Shown piece by piece: positions 1 through 9,388 of a DNA stretch of 64,000 nt. Position 1 is the stretch's first letter, and each line of letters begins with the position of its first letter. The position numbers were made by a program, and so were the translations under genes. Location of the stretch: assembly GCA_963666225.3 (NCBI GenBank), contig CAXXRK020000007.1, positions 29,199 to 93,198 on the forward strand, written 5' to 3'. The notes beneath the pieces were generated by a model. The model had not been told where the DNA came from, did no database searches, and saw only the letters and a list, made by a program, of their open reading frames with translations. This DNA is from Bryobacterales bacterium. Its GTDB lineage: Bacteria > Acidobacteriota > Terriglobia > Bryobacterales > UBA6623.

Positions 1-11
1 GAAGGCGATCC

Positions 12-290
12 TCAAAGTCGGTCCTCCCGCACTGCACTCAGACGCCGGGTAGTCGTCCTGTCGGCGTCGACCTCGCCCTTCGGCGGTTCGAACGCCCACT
101 TGGGGCGCGAGGGCGGAACCACCGCGCCACTATCCACGAGCCGTTGCCACGCCCTGTCGGCACCATCGAGCGGCTTCAAGGTTGCCACGGGCCTGCCACG
201 GTCCGTCACGGTCAGGACCTGACCGATCTTGACCCTGGCAAGGTACACGCTAAGGTTCTGGCGTAATTCCCGGATGCCCACATGCTCCAT
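12..290 (-). CDS. Type II antitoxin, Phd/YefM family; the cognate toxin would lie beyond the left window edge
   Basis: ORF 12..299. The N-terminus MEHVGIRELRQNLSVYLARV...TVTDRGRPVATL fits the Phd/YefM antitoxin pattern. Start taken at the second ATG (290). The stop is 11 nt from the window edge. Confidence 0.7.
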   Translation of the reverse strand: MEHVGIRELRQNLSVYLARVKIGQVLTVTDRGRPVATLKPLDGADRAWQRLVDSGAVVPPSRPKWAFEPPKGEVDADRTTTRRLSAVREDRL

Positions 291-400
291 GTAGCACATG
301 ATACTACATAGCGGAGTGCCCGCGCTTACCTGAACACGGTAGAGACGCGTCGTGGCTGTCCTCTGGTCGGAGGCTCAGTAGAAAATTAAATTCGAAATTC

Positions 401-1932
401 GCCTCTTCCGCAGATTCTGTGGGTTAGTGGCATCCAACCTGACCCGGACAAGCGGCTGGTGAGCAGCCACCTGCGGGACCGGCAGGCAGCTCCTTGCAGG
501 CCTCCGCTACCCCAGCCTGTTGCTTCCAGCAGTAGTGCCTCCCGCCCCCTCGACGCCCCTCTGCGGGCCCCGCCGAAGGCCGCCCCGGCTGCGGCGCGGG
601 CCTCCGTTTGTGCAACCATGGTGCCACCCGCAGGAGGTGCTGTGAAGTTCCGCACGATTCTCAACTACATCCACAAAATCCCCGGGTTCGTGTACGCCCA
701 GATCCGCCTCTTGGAGAACGAGCGAGGGGACGGCCGGGTGGAAGTCGAGGTCCGGCCTCGCGCCGGCTGCAAACCCGTCTGCTCCGTCTGCGGCATGCCC
801 GGCCCCGGCTACGACCGCCTCCGGACCCGCCGTTTCCAGTTCGTCCCCCTTTATGGCCTGCCTGTCTACTTCCAATACGCCATGCGTCTCGTCAACTGTA
901 CTTGGTGCGGTAAGGTCAAGGTCGAACGAGTGCCTTGGGCTGACGGCAAGCGCCCCGTCACCAAGGCCTTCAGCTGGACCCTCGCCGGCTGGGCCCGGCG
1001 CCGCTCCTGGCAGGAGACCGCCCAGATCTTCGGCGTCTCCTGGGATCGTGTCCGCCGCTCCGTCTCCATGGCTGTCGACTGGGGCCGCGCCCGGGTCGAC
1101 CTCTCCGACGTCAAAACCATCGGCGTCGACGAGATCGCCTGGCACAAGGGACACCGGTACTTGACCCTCGTTTACCAGATCGACCAAGGCTGCCGCCCCC
1201 CTGGTGTCCAAATAATCTGCCCCTCAACATGGGTCGGCGAGCACCGCCGCATCAAGACCCTCGAAGCCTTCTTCGACTGGTTCGGCCAGCTCCGCTCCTC
1301 GCAGCTGCAAGTCGTCTGCTCCGACATGTGGAAAGCCTACCTGTCCGTCACCCGCAGACGGGCTGAGAACGCCGTGCGTGTTTTGGACCGCTTTCACATC
1401 ATGCAGAAACGCTCCAAGGCCATCGACAAAGTGCGCGCCGCCGAGGCCCGCCGGCTCAAGGCCGCCGGCTCCCGGCCGTTGCTCAAGAACGCCCGCTGGC
1501 TGCTGCTCAAATGGCTCCGTAACCTCTCAGCAAAGCAAGTCCCCCGCCTCGAGGAAATCCTCCGACACAACCTCAACACCGTGCGGGCCTAGCTCCTCAA
1601 GGAGGAGTTTCAGCAGTTATTCGCCCTAGATACGCCTGAACAGGCGGCCAAATTCCTCAAACGTTGGCGAAAACGCGTCCAACGCTCCCGGATAAAGCCC
1701 CTGATCGGGTTCGCCAACATGCTCCAGAACCACCAGCCCCTCGTCCTCAACTGGTTCTCCACCGGCAAGCAGCACTCCTCCGGGGCCGTCGAGGGTATGC
1801 ACCTCAAAGCCAAACTCGCCCTCCGCAAAGCCTTCGGCTTCCGCTCCTACCAGAACTACGAGCTCGCCCTCTACCACACCCTCGGCCACCTGCCCGCAAC
1901 CCGACGACGCCCACAGATTTTGCGGATGAGCC
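401..1932 (+). mobile_element. ISL3-family insertion sequence, decayed copy
   Basis: Imperfect 23-bp terminal inverted repeats: GCCTCTTCCGCAGATTCTGTGGG (401..423) versus the rc of 1910..1932, GGCTCATCCGCAAAATCTGTGGG (19/23 identical). Flanked by near-identical 8-bp direct repeats cgaaattc (393..400) and gaaaattc (1933..1940). Encloses an ISL3-type transposase frame. Confidence 0.8.
618..1929 (+). pseudogene. ISL3-family transposase, disrupted by an in-frame TAG at 1590..1592 and a +1 frameshift near 1896
   Basis: zf-ISL3-like CSVCG...CTWCG motif and a DDE-type core. Track ORFs 459..1592 and 1719..1964 are in the same frame, separated by one amber codon. The canonical family C-terminus ...QPDDAHRFCG* is reached only in the +1 frame, ending at TGA 1927..1929 inside the right IR. 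There is a possible extra low-GC segment CRPPGVQIICPST at about 1192..1230. Confidence 0.8.
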
Positions 1933-2368
1933 GAAAATTCCAATTGTCGTCGGGGAAAAAGTAATTGTCGTCTGACAGGTCTTGGTCGTTGGCCGCCGGA
2001 GATTGCTGGGGAGATCGAAGCATCGATGGGCTACCTGCGACCCTCGGTCCAGTGGGCTCAGCTCGACCGTGATGACCGCAGGAATGGTGTGAGCCCCGCC
2101 CCGTGCGGACCGACTGAGCGATCTTGGCAAGGGCTGCGGCCTGCTTCGCAGGCGAGATCGGCTCAAGCTCGCCAGTATCTTTCGATTCGCGACAGTGCTA
2201 CGGGGCATCCACCCGATCACCCGCACTCGCAGGCAGGTCCGCTTCTGGCACGTACCGGTGGTCACCCGCCAACCCGCAGCCAGCCCGCGCGAGGCGCTCA
2301 GTATGCCGGGTCTTGAGAAGCCATCCGCGCCAACCAGCTGTGGACGGACCAAAGCAATCGGCCCGCCA

Positions 2369-3478
2369 TCAGCCCAGGCGGTACTTCTCGATCGCGTCCA
2401 TGTCGAGCGAGACTCCGAGACCGGGTGCGCGCGGGACTTCGTAGAACCCGTCCTGCACCGCGAATGGCTCCAACATCAGGTCGTCCTCCAGCACATGCGT
2501 AATGCTGATGGCGTACTCGATGCCGGGAAACGCCGCCGTTTGATGCGCTTGGAAGACTTGGTTGACGCCGCTACAGATGCTGTGCTCCACCCAGAGTGGA
2601 ATGCGGGTTGTCTCGGCCATTAGGGCCCGGCGCACCAGGGTGCGGCCCATCGGCTTGCCGACCACGAAGGCATCCACCAAGCCGTCCCTGATATAGGGCA
2701 TGGGGTCGGATGGCATGTGCTCAGTCACCATGAGCGCTGTCTCGCCACGCAATCTGCGGTAATCCTCGATCCGCTCCTTCCGAAACGGGGACTCGATCGC
2801 GAAGTAGTTGTGAAATGCCGCCAGTCGCTCGCAGAAATGCAGCGTCCGGCCCACCGACCCCCACCAAGCGTTCGCGTCTACCCAGACTCGCATGTCTTTC
2901 GGGATCACCTCGCAAATCGCCGCCGCCTGCTCGATTGGGTCTTCCCAAGGCCGGGCCTTGACCTTGTGCACGCGGTAGCCGAGGTCGGCGCCGCGCTTGG
3001 CCTCGGAAGCCATGAGATCCGGTGGGAAACATTGGCTCCACCAAGTCTGCTGAATGCGTCGTCGCGGACTCGTCGCGAACAGCCGCGCCACTGGAAGTTC
3101 AGTGGCTTGGCCGATCAAGTCGTACAGAGCGACCAGAATTCCGCCCAGCCGGTCATCGAGCAGGCGCTGCCACGGGCTCGTGCCGACTAGGGACTCCAAA
3201 ATCTCACGGGCGACGTCGGCCGGCATGTCGGCGTCCCCGACGCCCGTCAGGCCGTCGCTCGTGAACAGCCGGACGATGGCCGGTTCGTAGTGCGTCTGGA
3301 AGCGCCCTTGGCGGAAGAAACTCCGCTGCCAGGCTTCGCGGACGCGGACATCCATCGGCACGCGCGTCGGGATCAGTTCGTAACCGGTGATGATCTGCGA
3401 GGAGGCGCGGGTTGCCAGCGCGGCCGTCGCCAGCGCGCCGGTGCGCAGCAGGTCGCGCCGGCTGGTCAACGAGCGCAC
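2369..3478 (-). CDS. Enolase-superfamily enzyme (mandelate racemase/muconate lactonizing family) with a twin-arginine signal peptide
   Basis: MR/MLE-like core (KVKARPWEDPIEQAAAICEVIPKDMRVWVDANAWW...FAIESPF). N-terminus MRSLTSRRDLLRTGALATAALA fits the Tat motif S-R-R-x-L-L. Start lies 5 nt after the stop of the upstream RidA gene. Confidence 0.75.
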   Translation of the reverse strand: MRSLTSRRDLLRTGALATAALATRASSQIITGYELIPTRVPMDVRVREAWQRSFFRQGRFQTHYEPAIVRLFTSDGLTGVGDADMPADVAREILESLVGTSPWQRLLDDRLGGILVALYDLIGQATELPVARLFATSPRRRIQQTWWSQCFPPDLMASEAKRGADLGYRVHKVKARPWEDPIEQAAAICEVIPKDMRVWVDANAWWGSVGRTLHFCERLAAFHNYFAIESPFRKERIEDYRRLRGETALMVTEHMPSDPMPYIRDGLVDAFVVGKPMGRTLVRRALMAETTRIPLWVEHSICSGVNQVFQAHQTAAFPGIEYAISITHVLEDDLMLEPFAVQDGFYEVPRAPGLGVSLDMDAIEKYRLG

Positions 3479-3483
3479 GGCGC

Positions 3484-3927
3484 CTACTTTCGCGCCGTCA
3501 CTGTGATCTCGATGCGCGCCTTGCCGACGAGGCTGGCGACAGCGACAGTCGTGCGAGCTGGCGGGTCCTGTTTGAAGTACTGCGTGTAGACGGAGTTCAT
3601 CCGCCGGAACAGCGAGATATCGGTCAGATAGACCTTCACGTCAACCGCGTCGGCGTAGTCGTAACCAGCCGCTCTGAGAATCAGGCCGATCCGCTTGAAG
3701 GTCTGGTGGACCTCCGCCTCAAATTCCGCCGGGTATTCGCCGGTCTTGAGGTCCGAGCCGGTCTGGCCGGCGCAATAGAGCGTCTCGTCCACCAATACGC
3801 CCGGGCTGAACGGCATGCCTTCGCGAAATTCGGGCGGATAGATGATGCGCCTCTCGGCGGCGGCGGAAAACGTTGCGGTCACCAGCAGGGCAAGGGCGAG
3901 CAGTCTCGGAACGGGCATGGGCATCAT
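3484..3927 (-). CDS. RidA/YjgF/L-PSP family protein with a Sec-type signal peptide
   Basis: FSPGVLVDETLYCAGQTG...VKVYLTDISLFRRMNSVYTQYF...PARTTVAVASLVGKARIEI is a typical RidA fold sequence. Hydrophobic leader MMPMPVPRLLALALLVTATFSAAA. Start chosen at the internal ATG (3927) of ORF 3484..3969. Confidence 0.75.
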   Translation of the reverse strand: MMPMPVPRLLALALLVTATFSAAAERRIIYPPEFREGMPFSPGVLVDETLYCAGQTGSDLKTGEYPAEFEAEVHQTFKRIGLILRAAGYDYADAVDVKVYLTDISLFRRMNSVYTQYFKQDPPARTTVAVASLVGKARIEITVTARK

Positions 3928-4130
3928 TTCCTGAGCATGGATTTTACCCCGCGCTGGGGTTGGAGGCACTGTTGGTCCGAGCCGCCGGTCTTGGCGAGCC
4001 TCGGGAAGTGCATGGCGGGCCGCCCGCCAGCCTCTGGCGGGGCGCGCTCGGAGGGGGCGAGCCGGTGGTCCGCGTCTTGGGGCAAACCACCGGTCGCTGT
4101 GGTCAGCATTTCCCCTGATAACATCGAACC

Positions 4131-5273
4131 GTGGCCTTCGTTACTGTCGAGGAGGCGCTCGCCGAGCTCCGCGGCGGTCGCATGGTCGTGGTAGTTGACG
4201 ACACTGACAGGGAGAACGAGGGGGACCTCACGATTTGCGCGGAACACGCCACGCCGGAGGCCATCAACTTCATGGCCACTCATGGGAGGGGCCTGATCTG
4301 CCTGGCAATGACCGAGGAGCGATTGGACGAGCTCTCGATCCCATTGGTGTCGCAGCGCAACACCTCAATGTTCGGAACGGCATTCAGCGAGCCGATTGAC
4401 GCCGCCACCGGGGTGACGACCGGGATTTCCGCGGCGGACCGGGCCCGGACCATTCAGATGGCGGTCGCCCCCGGCACCCGGTCCGCCGACCTTGCCCGGC
4501 CGGGCCATGTGCAGACCCTGCGGGCCCGACGCGGCGGCGTGTTGGTTCGTGCCGGCCAGACGGAGGCGGCGGTGGACTTGGCACGCCTCGCCGGCACCGC
4601 ACCGGCGGGCGTGATCTGCGAGGTGATGAAGGACGACGGCACCATGGCCCGTGTTCCGGACCTATTGGCCTTCTGCTCGCGGCATGGGCTGAAGATGCTG
4701 AAGGTGGCCAGTCTGATCCGTTACAGGCTCGAGCACGAGCAGTGTGTTCGGCAGACAGCTGAGGGAGTGGCCGACACCGACTTTGGGCTCTTCCGCGCGA
4801 TTGCCTACGGCACGGACCTCGACGGGGAGGTGCACGTGGCGCTGGTCCAGGGAAGTCCCGCCAGCGCCGATGCCTGCTTGGTGCGGATGCACTCCCACGA
4901 CTTGTTCGGGGATGTGTTCGGGGCGAGGGCCAACCCCGGATACCGGCACGTGCAGGATTCGCTGAGGATGATCTCGGATGAAGGGTGCGGCGTCTTGGTC
5001 TACCTGCACCACCGGGCGCTCGGATTCGGGGTCGAGGGACCGTCGGATGCCGTGCGCCGAATCGTGCCGCATCCCCAGCTGGCTCGGTCAGTGCCCGACG
5101 CCGGGCGGTCCAGGCTGCAGTACCGGGTCGGCCTGGGCGCGCAAATACTGAAAGATCTCGGCTTGCGGAGAATCCGGCTCCTGACCAACCGGCCGCGCCG
5201 GGTGGCCGGCCTTGAGGGCTTTGGGATTGAGATCGTGGACCAGATTCCGATTCGCCCCGGCGTCCCAGCCTAG
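4131..5273 (+). CDS. ribBA: Bifunctional-type RibBA: intact 3,4-dihydroxy-2-butanone-4-phosphate synthase fused to a GTP cyclohydrolase II-like domain lacking the zinc cysteines
   Basis: The N-terminal half has [17 protein letters not shown] and RPGHVQTL...GQTEAAVDL motifs of RibB. The C-terminal half aligns to RibA, but HSECLTGD...SLRCDCG is replaced by HSHDLFGD...GARANPG. Confidence 0.85.
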   Translation: MAFVTVEEALAELRGGRMVVVVDDTDRENEGDLTICAEHATPEAINFMATHGRGLICLAMTEERLDELSIPLVSQRNTSMFGTAFSEPIDAATGVTTGISAADRARTIQMAVAPGTRSADLARPGHVQTLRARRGGVLVRAGQTEAAVDLARLAGTAPAGVICEVMKDDGTMARVPDLLAFCSRHGLKMLKVASLIRYRLEHEQCVRQTAEGVADTDFGLFRAIAYGTDLDGEVHVALVQGSPASADACLVRMHSHDLFGDVFGARANPGYRHVQDSLRMISDEGCGVLVYLHHRALGFGVEGPSDAVRRIVPHPQLARSVPDAGRSRLQYRVGLGAQILKDLGLRRIRLLTNRPRRVAGLEGFGIEIVDQIPIRPGVPA

Positions 5274-6571
5274 GGCGACCCTTCCTCGAGCAGGCGCAGT
5301 TCTTCGGCGACGCCGCGGGTCAGCATTTGCTTGCGCTCGCGCTCCACGATCAGCTTGTGAATCTCGCGCTCCTGCCTGGCTTCCTTGGCCTTGCCCAGTC
5401 GCTGGTAGACGCGCGCCAGCCGGTAATGGGGCTTCGAGGACGAGGGGTTCAGGTCGGCGGCCCGTCGCAGATGCTCGGCTGCCAGGCCGAAGTTGCGCCG
5501 CTTCTCGAGCAGCACCCCAAGTTCGTAGTGAGACTCCCAGAAGCCGTCCTCGCGCTTGATCGACTCGCGCAAGAGGGACTCGATGGCTGCCATGGCGTCT
5601 TGGTCACGCCGCGTGCCCAGCTGGGCGAGCAGGGTCTGACCGTACAGGAAGGGCCCGAAATGATTCTTGGAGTGCTGCTCGTGGAAGATCCGCATCCGCT
5701 CGCCGATCTCCTCCAGACGGTCGGAAGCGTGCTGCAGCAAGCGGCCCAAGAAGGCATGGGGCTGCTCAAGCTGCGGGGCAAGTTCCGCGGCGCGCAAGAA
5801 GTGACCGACGGCCGCCCTAAAGTCGCGTTGGCCATAGGCCGCGATGCCCAGACCGATCTCCAGGGCGGGGCTCTTGTCGAAGTACTCGCGGCCCGTCGAG
5901 AAGGCCCCGACGGCCGCCTCGAAGTCCTGTTGACGCAGATGAAAATACCCCAGGTCGTAGTGCATCGACTCGTCGTAGGAGTCCGCGTCCACGGCCATCC
6001 GCAGGTATCGGAGGCCCTTCTCGGGTTCCCCGGCCATCGTGTGCGCCTTCCCGAGAAGATTCAGAAGGGCGGCGGGCTTGTCCACCTCCAGGGCGTCCTC
6101 GCCCAGTGCGGCGGCCCGGCGCGGCATGTCCGCCCGCATGTAGAGGGAGACGGCGCGCACGAACGCGTCCACGCTGTTTCCAGTCTTGCGCGCGAATCGC
6201 TCCTCCCACTCGCCAGCCCGTGCCCAGTCCTGATAGTCCGAGTAGAACATCGCGAGTGCATGCTGGATGACGGGGTTGTCCGCCCCGGTCCGCTCGGCCT
6301 CGGCCGCGTGTCTGGCCGCCTCGGCGTGCAAATTGAGCTGTTGATAGGTGTGTGCCAGCCCGATCCAAGCCCTCGCGTCGTCAGGGGCCGTCTCGACGGC
6401 GCGCTCCAGAAGCCTCTGGGCCGTGGGGATGTCCCGTCCTTGGATGGCCATGAGGCCCCGCTGGATGAGCGCCTCGGCCGGGGGGCCCCCGTTCTGTGCG
6501 CGGGAAGCCGAGGGCCACGCGAACCAGACGACAGCCGCGAAGGCGAGCGCAAGTCCGCGTGCAGTCATCAA
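5270..6571 (-). CDS. Secreted tetratricopeptide (TPR) repeat protein
   Basis: Signal peptide MMTARGLALAFAAVVWFAWPSASRAQ, followed by repeated A-x-x-x-Y/F...A...P TPR-like units along the whole ORF. Confidence 0.7.
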   Translation of the reverse strand: MMTARGLALAFAAVVWFAWPSASRAQNGGPPAEALIQRGLMAIQGRDIPTAQRLLERAVETAPDDARAWIGLAHTYQQLNLHAEAARHAAEAERTGADNPVIQHALAMFYSDYQDWARAGEWEERFARKTGNSVDAFVRAVSLYMRADMPRRAAALGEDALEVDKPAALLNLLGKAHTMAGEPEKGLRYLRMAVDADSYDESMHYDLGYFHLRQQDFEAAVGAFSTGREYFDKSPALEIGLGIAAYGQRDFRAAVGHFLRAAELAPQLEQPHAFLGRLLQHASDRLEEIGERMRIFHEQHSKNHFGPFLYGQTLLAQLGTRRDQDAMAAIESLLRESIKREDGFWESHYELGVLLEKRRNFGLAAEHLRRAADLNPSSSKPHYRLARVYQRLGKAKEARQEREIHKLIVERERKQMLTRGVAEELRLLEEGSP

Positions 6572-6642
6572 GCCTCAATATACCGACACGCCGGTTTCTC
6601 CCGTTTGAATTGCGCGCTCCGCAGTTCGCTACACTGCTTGCG

Positions 6643-8190
6643 ATGAACTGGCGAGCAGTGGTCGCGGTGCTGGCAGTCTTCGCCCTGGGGGGTTGCTCCG
6701 GCGGCGCCTCCACGGACTCCCCGAACATTCTCTTCGCGATTTGGGACGACGTCTCCTACCCGCATGTTTCCGCGGTGGGCTCCCAGATGGTCAGCACGCC
6801 CGCGTTCGATCGGGTGGCCTCGGAGGGTGCCTTGTTCCGGAACGCGTACGCTCCGGCCCCGGGTTGTAGCCCCACGCGCGCCGCCTTCCTCACGGGCAGG
6901 CACATCTGGATGATCGAGCAGGCTGGCACGCACGCGAGCTCGTTTCCAGCCAGGTACGTCTCGTATCAGGACCTGCTCGAAGCGTCCGGGTACGCGATCG
7001 GCTACACCGGCAAGCCCTGGGGCCCCGGACGCTGGGAGAAGTCCGGCCGAGCGCGCAACCCCGTCGGACCGGCGTATCAGGAGCGGACGCTTGACCCGCC
7101 TTACGGGGGAATGCGGAATAACGACTATGCCGGCAACTTCGAGGCCTTCTTCGAGTCCAAGCAGCCCGGCCAGCCGTTCAGCTTCTGGGTTGGCGGAAGC
7201 GAGGCACACCGCGCGTTCGAGCAGGGATCGTGGCAACGTGCCGGCAAGCGCCTTGAGGATGCGGAAGTCCCGCCGTTCTTGCCCGACACCGAGGTGATTC
7301 GCGGCGACTTGCTGGACTATGCCGTGGAGATCGAGTGGTTCGACTCCCATATCGGGAGGATCTTGGATTACCTCGGATCGAAGGGCGAGCTGGACAACAC
7401 GGTGGTGATCTTCACATCGGACAACGGCATGGCATTCCCGCGCGCCAAGGCGAATCTGTACGACTACGGGATCCACATGCCGCTGGCCGTGCGCTGGCCG
7501 GGGGCCGGAGTTCGCGGGCGCGCCATTGACGACTTGGTGCAGTTTGTCGACCTCACGGCCACGATCCTCGACTTCGCAGGGGTGGCGCACCCAGGGGGCG
7601 AGTCGGCGCTGGCCGGCCGCTCGATTCGGCCGATCCTCGAGTCTTCCGAGAGCGGGCTCGTCGATGGCAGCCGCACGCGCGCATTCTCGGGGCGCGAGCG
7701 CCACTCGTCCTCGCGCTGGAACAATCTGACCTATCCCCAGCGCGCGATGCGCACGCCCGAGCATCTGTACATCCGCAACTTCAAGCCACTGAGGTGGCCC
7801 GCCGGTGCTCCCCAGAAGTACGAGTCCCCCGGAGGCGATCTCGGCCCGATGCACGGCGGGTACCACGACATTGACGCGTCCCCGACGCTCACCGCCCTGA
7901 TCGAGGGCAGGGAAGAGGGCGCGATCGGGGAGTACTTGGACCTGGCCGTCGGCAAGCGGCCGGCCGAGGAGCTGTTCGACATCCGCGCCGACCCGGGTTG
8001 CCTCGACAATCTGGCCGCCGATCCCGAGCATTCGGAATTACTCGAGACGCTGAGGGGAGAGCTCGACGACTACCTAGCCAGCACGGGGGATCCCCGGGCC
8101 ACCGGCAATGGGCAGATCTGGGAGGAATATGTCCGGTACTCTTCGATTCGGACATTCCCGCGACCGCCTGAGGCGGGTGCCGATTACTAG
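6643..8190 (+). CDS. Sulfatase (Cys-type, N-sulfoglucosamine sulfohydrolase-like), lipoprotein
   Basis: Sulfatase signature CSPTRAAFLTGR. Lipobox-like leader MNWRAVVAVLAVFALGGCSG. Start moved to ATG 6643 inside ORF 6496..8190. Confidence 0.85.
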   Translation: MNWRAVVAVLAVFALGGCSGGASTDSPNILFAIWDDVSYPHVSAVGSQMVSTPAFDRVASEGALFRNAYAPAPGCSPTRAAFLTGRHIWMIEQAGTHASSFPARYVSYQDLLEASGYAIGYTGKPWGPGRWEKSGRARNPVGPAYQERTLDPPYGGMRNNDYAGNFEAFFESKQPGQPFSFWVGGSEAHRAFEQGSWQRAGKRLEDAEVPPFLPDTEVIRGDLLDYAVEIEWFDSHIGRILDYLGSKGELDNTVVIFTSDNGMAFPRAKANLYDYGIHMPLAVRWPGAGVRGRAIDDLVQFVDLTATILDFAGVAHPGGESALAGRSIRPILESSESGLVDGSRTRAFSGRERHSSSRWNNLTYPQRAMRTPEHLYIRNFKPLRWPAGAPQKYESPGGDLGPMHGGYHDIDASPTLTALIEGREEGAIGEYLDLAVGKRPAEELFDIRADPGCLDNLAADPEHSELLETLRGELDDYLASTGDPRATGNGQIWEEYVRYSSIRTFPRPPEAGADY

Positions 8191-8424
8191 CCCAAAGGGG
8201 CCCGCAGGGGTCGGCGAACTCCCCGTCGCAGCGGACCTCAGCTCATTCTGGCGTGCCCGTCGCGTGCTCTGGATACCCGCGCGCGGATCCCGGCGGCGAA
8301 TCGGCGATTTCGCCAGCGATCCTGCGAGGCGCTGATCTGGCCGCGGGATCAACCGCGCGGGTGGTCCGATCAATCCAGCCACCGGGGGTGTCCGTGGCTC
8401 GCGGCGAGCGCTCGATCTGCTACG

Positions 8425-9123
8425 TCAGACCCAGTACAGAAGCCGGATGGCTACGCGCAAGACCGGCCAGAAGATCTGGCCAAACACGTACCACGCCAAG
8501 ACGAGGCCCAAGAAGCCCAGAGAGCCGTCACGGGTGAGCTCGAACCATCGCCGAGCCGTATTTTCCGGCATCGCCAGCGTGATCACGGTGTTCCCGTCAA
8601 GGGGGTGCACCGGCAGCAGGTTGAACGTCATCAGCAGCAGGTTCTGGGTGAACATGATGCTGATGAACTGGGCAATCGCCGCGAAATCACCCTCGCCTTC
8701 GATCACGGAGAAGAACGAGATTGACGCCGGAATGCTGAACGCTCCGACCGCCAAGCCCACATTGATCGCCACAGCCGCCAGCAGGGCCAGCCCCAGGTTT
8801 GCGAGGGGGCCCGCCAGCGCCATCAGCGCGGCTCTGCGCGGATAGCGATGCTCCCATATCGGGTTGTAGGGTGCGGAGGCCCAGCCAAGCATCCACTGGC
8901 TCAGGGCGAAAGAGATCATTGGAACCGCCACCGTGCCCAGCGGTTCCCGAGTGATGTGTGGCACAGGATTCAGGGTCAGCTGACCACCGCTGCTCGCAGT
9001 GTCGTCCCCTCCCCAGAGGGCAGCGAGCGCATGTGCCGACTCGTGACATGTCAGCGACAGCAGGAAGGCCACGTACCAAAGCCCCCCGAGGGCTAGCGTC
9101 TGCGGATCCATGAGCGATGCCAT
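8425..9123 (-). CDS. Site-2 protease family / peptidase M50 membrane metalloprotease
   Basis: HESAHALAA (HExxH) within a TM helix and multiple hydrophobic segments. Start uncertain (9177, 9123 or 9111). Confidence 0.7.
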   Translation of the reverse strand: MASLMDPQTLALGGLWYVAFLLSLTCHESAHALAALWGGDDTASSGGQLTLNPVPHITREPLGTVAVPMISFALSQWMLGWASAPYNPIWEHRYPRRAALMALAGPLANLGLALLAAVAINVGLAVGAFSIPASISFFSVIEGEGDFAAIAQFISIMFTQNLLLMTFNLLPVHPLDGNTVITLAMPENTARRWFELTRDGSLGFLGLVLAWYVFGQIFWPVLRVAIRLLYWV

Positions 9124-9388
9124 TCCTTCAGGTGGGAAGTGCTCCCAGTCGACCCGGCTGGCGCTCGGTCCATCCACACCGTGTCGAGAGGTGCCTGCGG
9201 GGAGGCAATGCCTGACACGTGCTCGCGCGCCGTCACGGGCGACTCACCCGCTGCTCGGACGATGTGTGCACAACGGGCTGGGACAGTCGACTGGCCGGTT
9301 CCACCAGTTCCCGTACACGCTTGGTGATCCGGCATCGCAGCAACGTTCGGGACCCGCCGTTCCGGGAGGGATGCTCCCGTCAGGCGGC

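Noticed and set aside
3970-4130. Possible FMN (RFN) riboswitch upstream of ribBA
   Set aside because: The 160-nt leader lacks the conserved RFN core elements (e.g. GGTGAAATTCC, CCGACAGT). No convincing match was found by eye.
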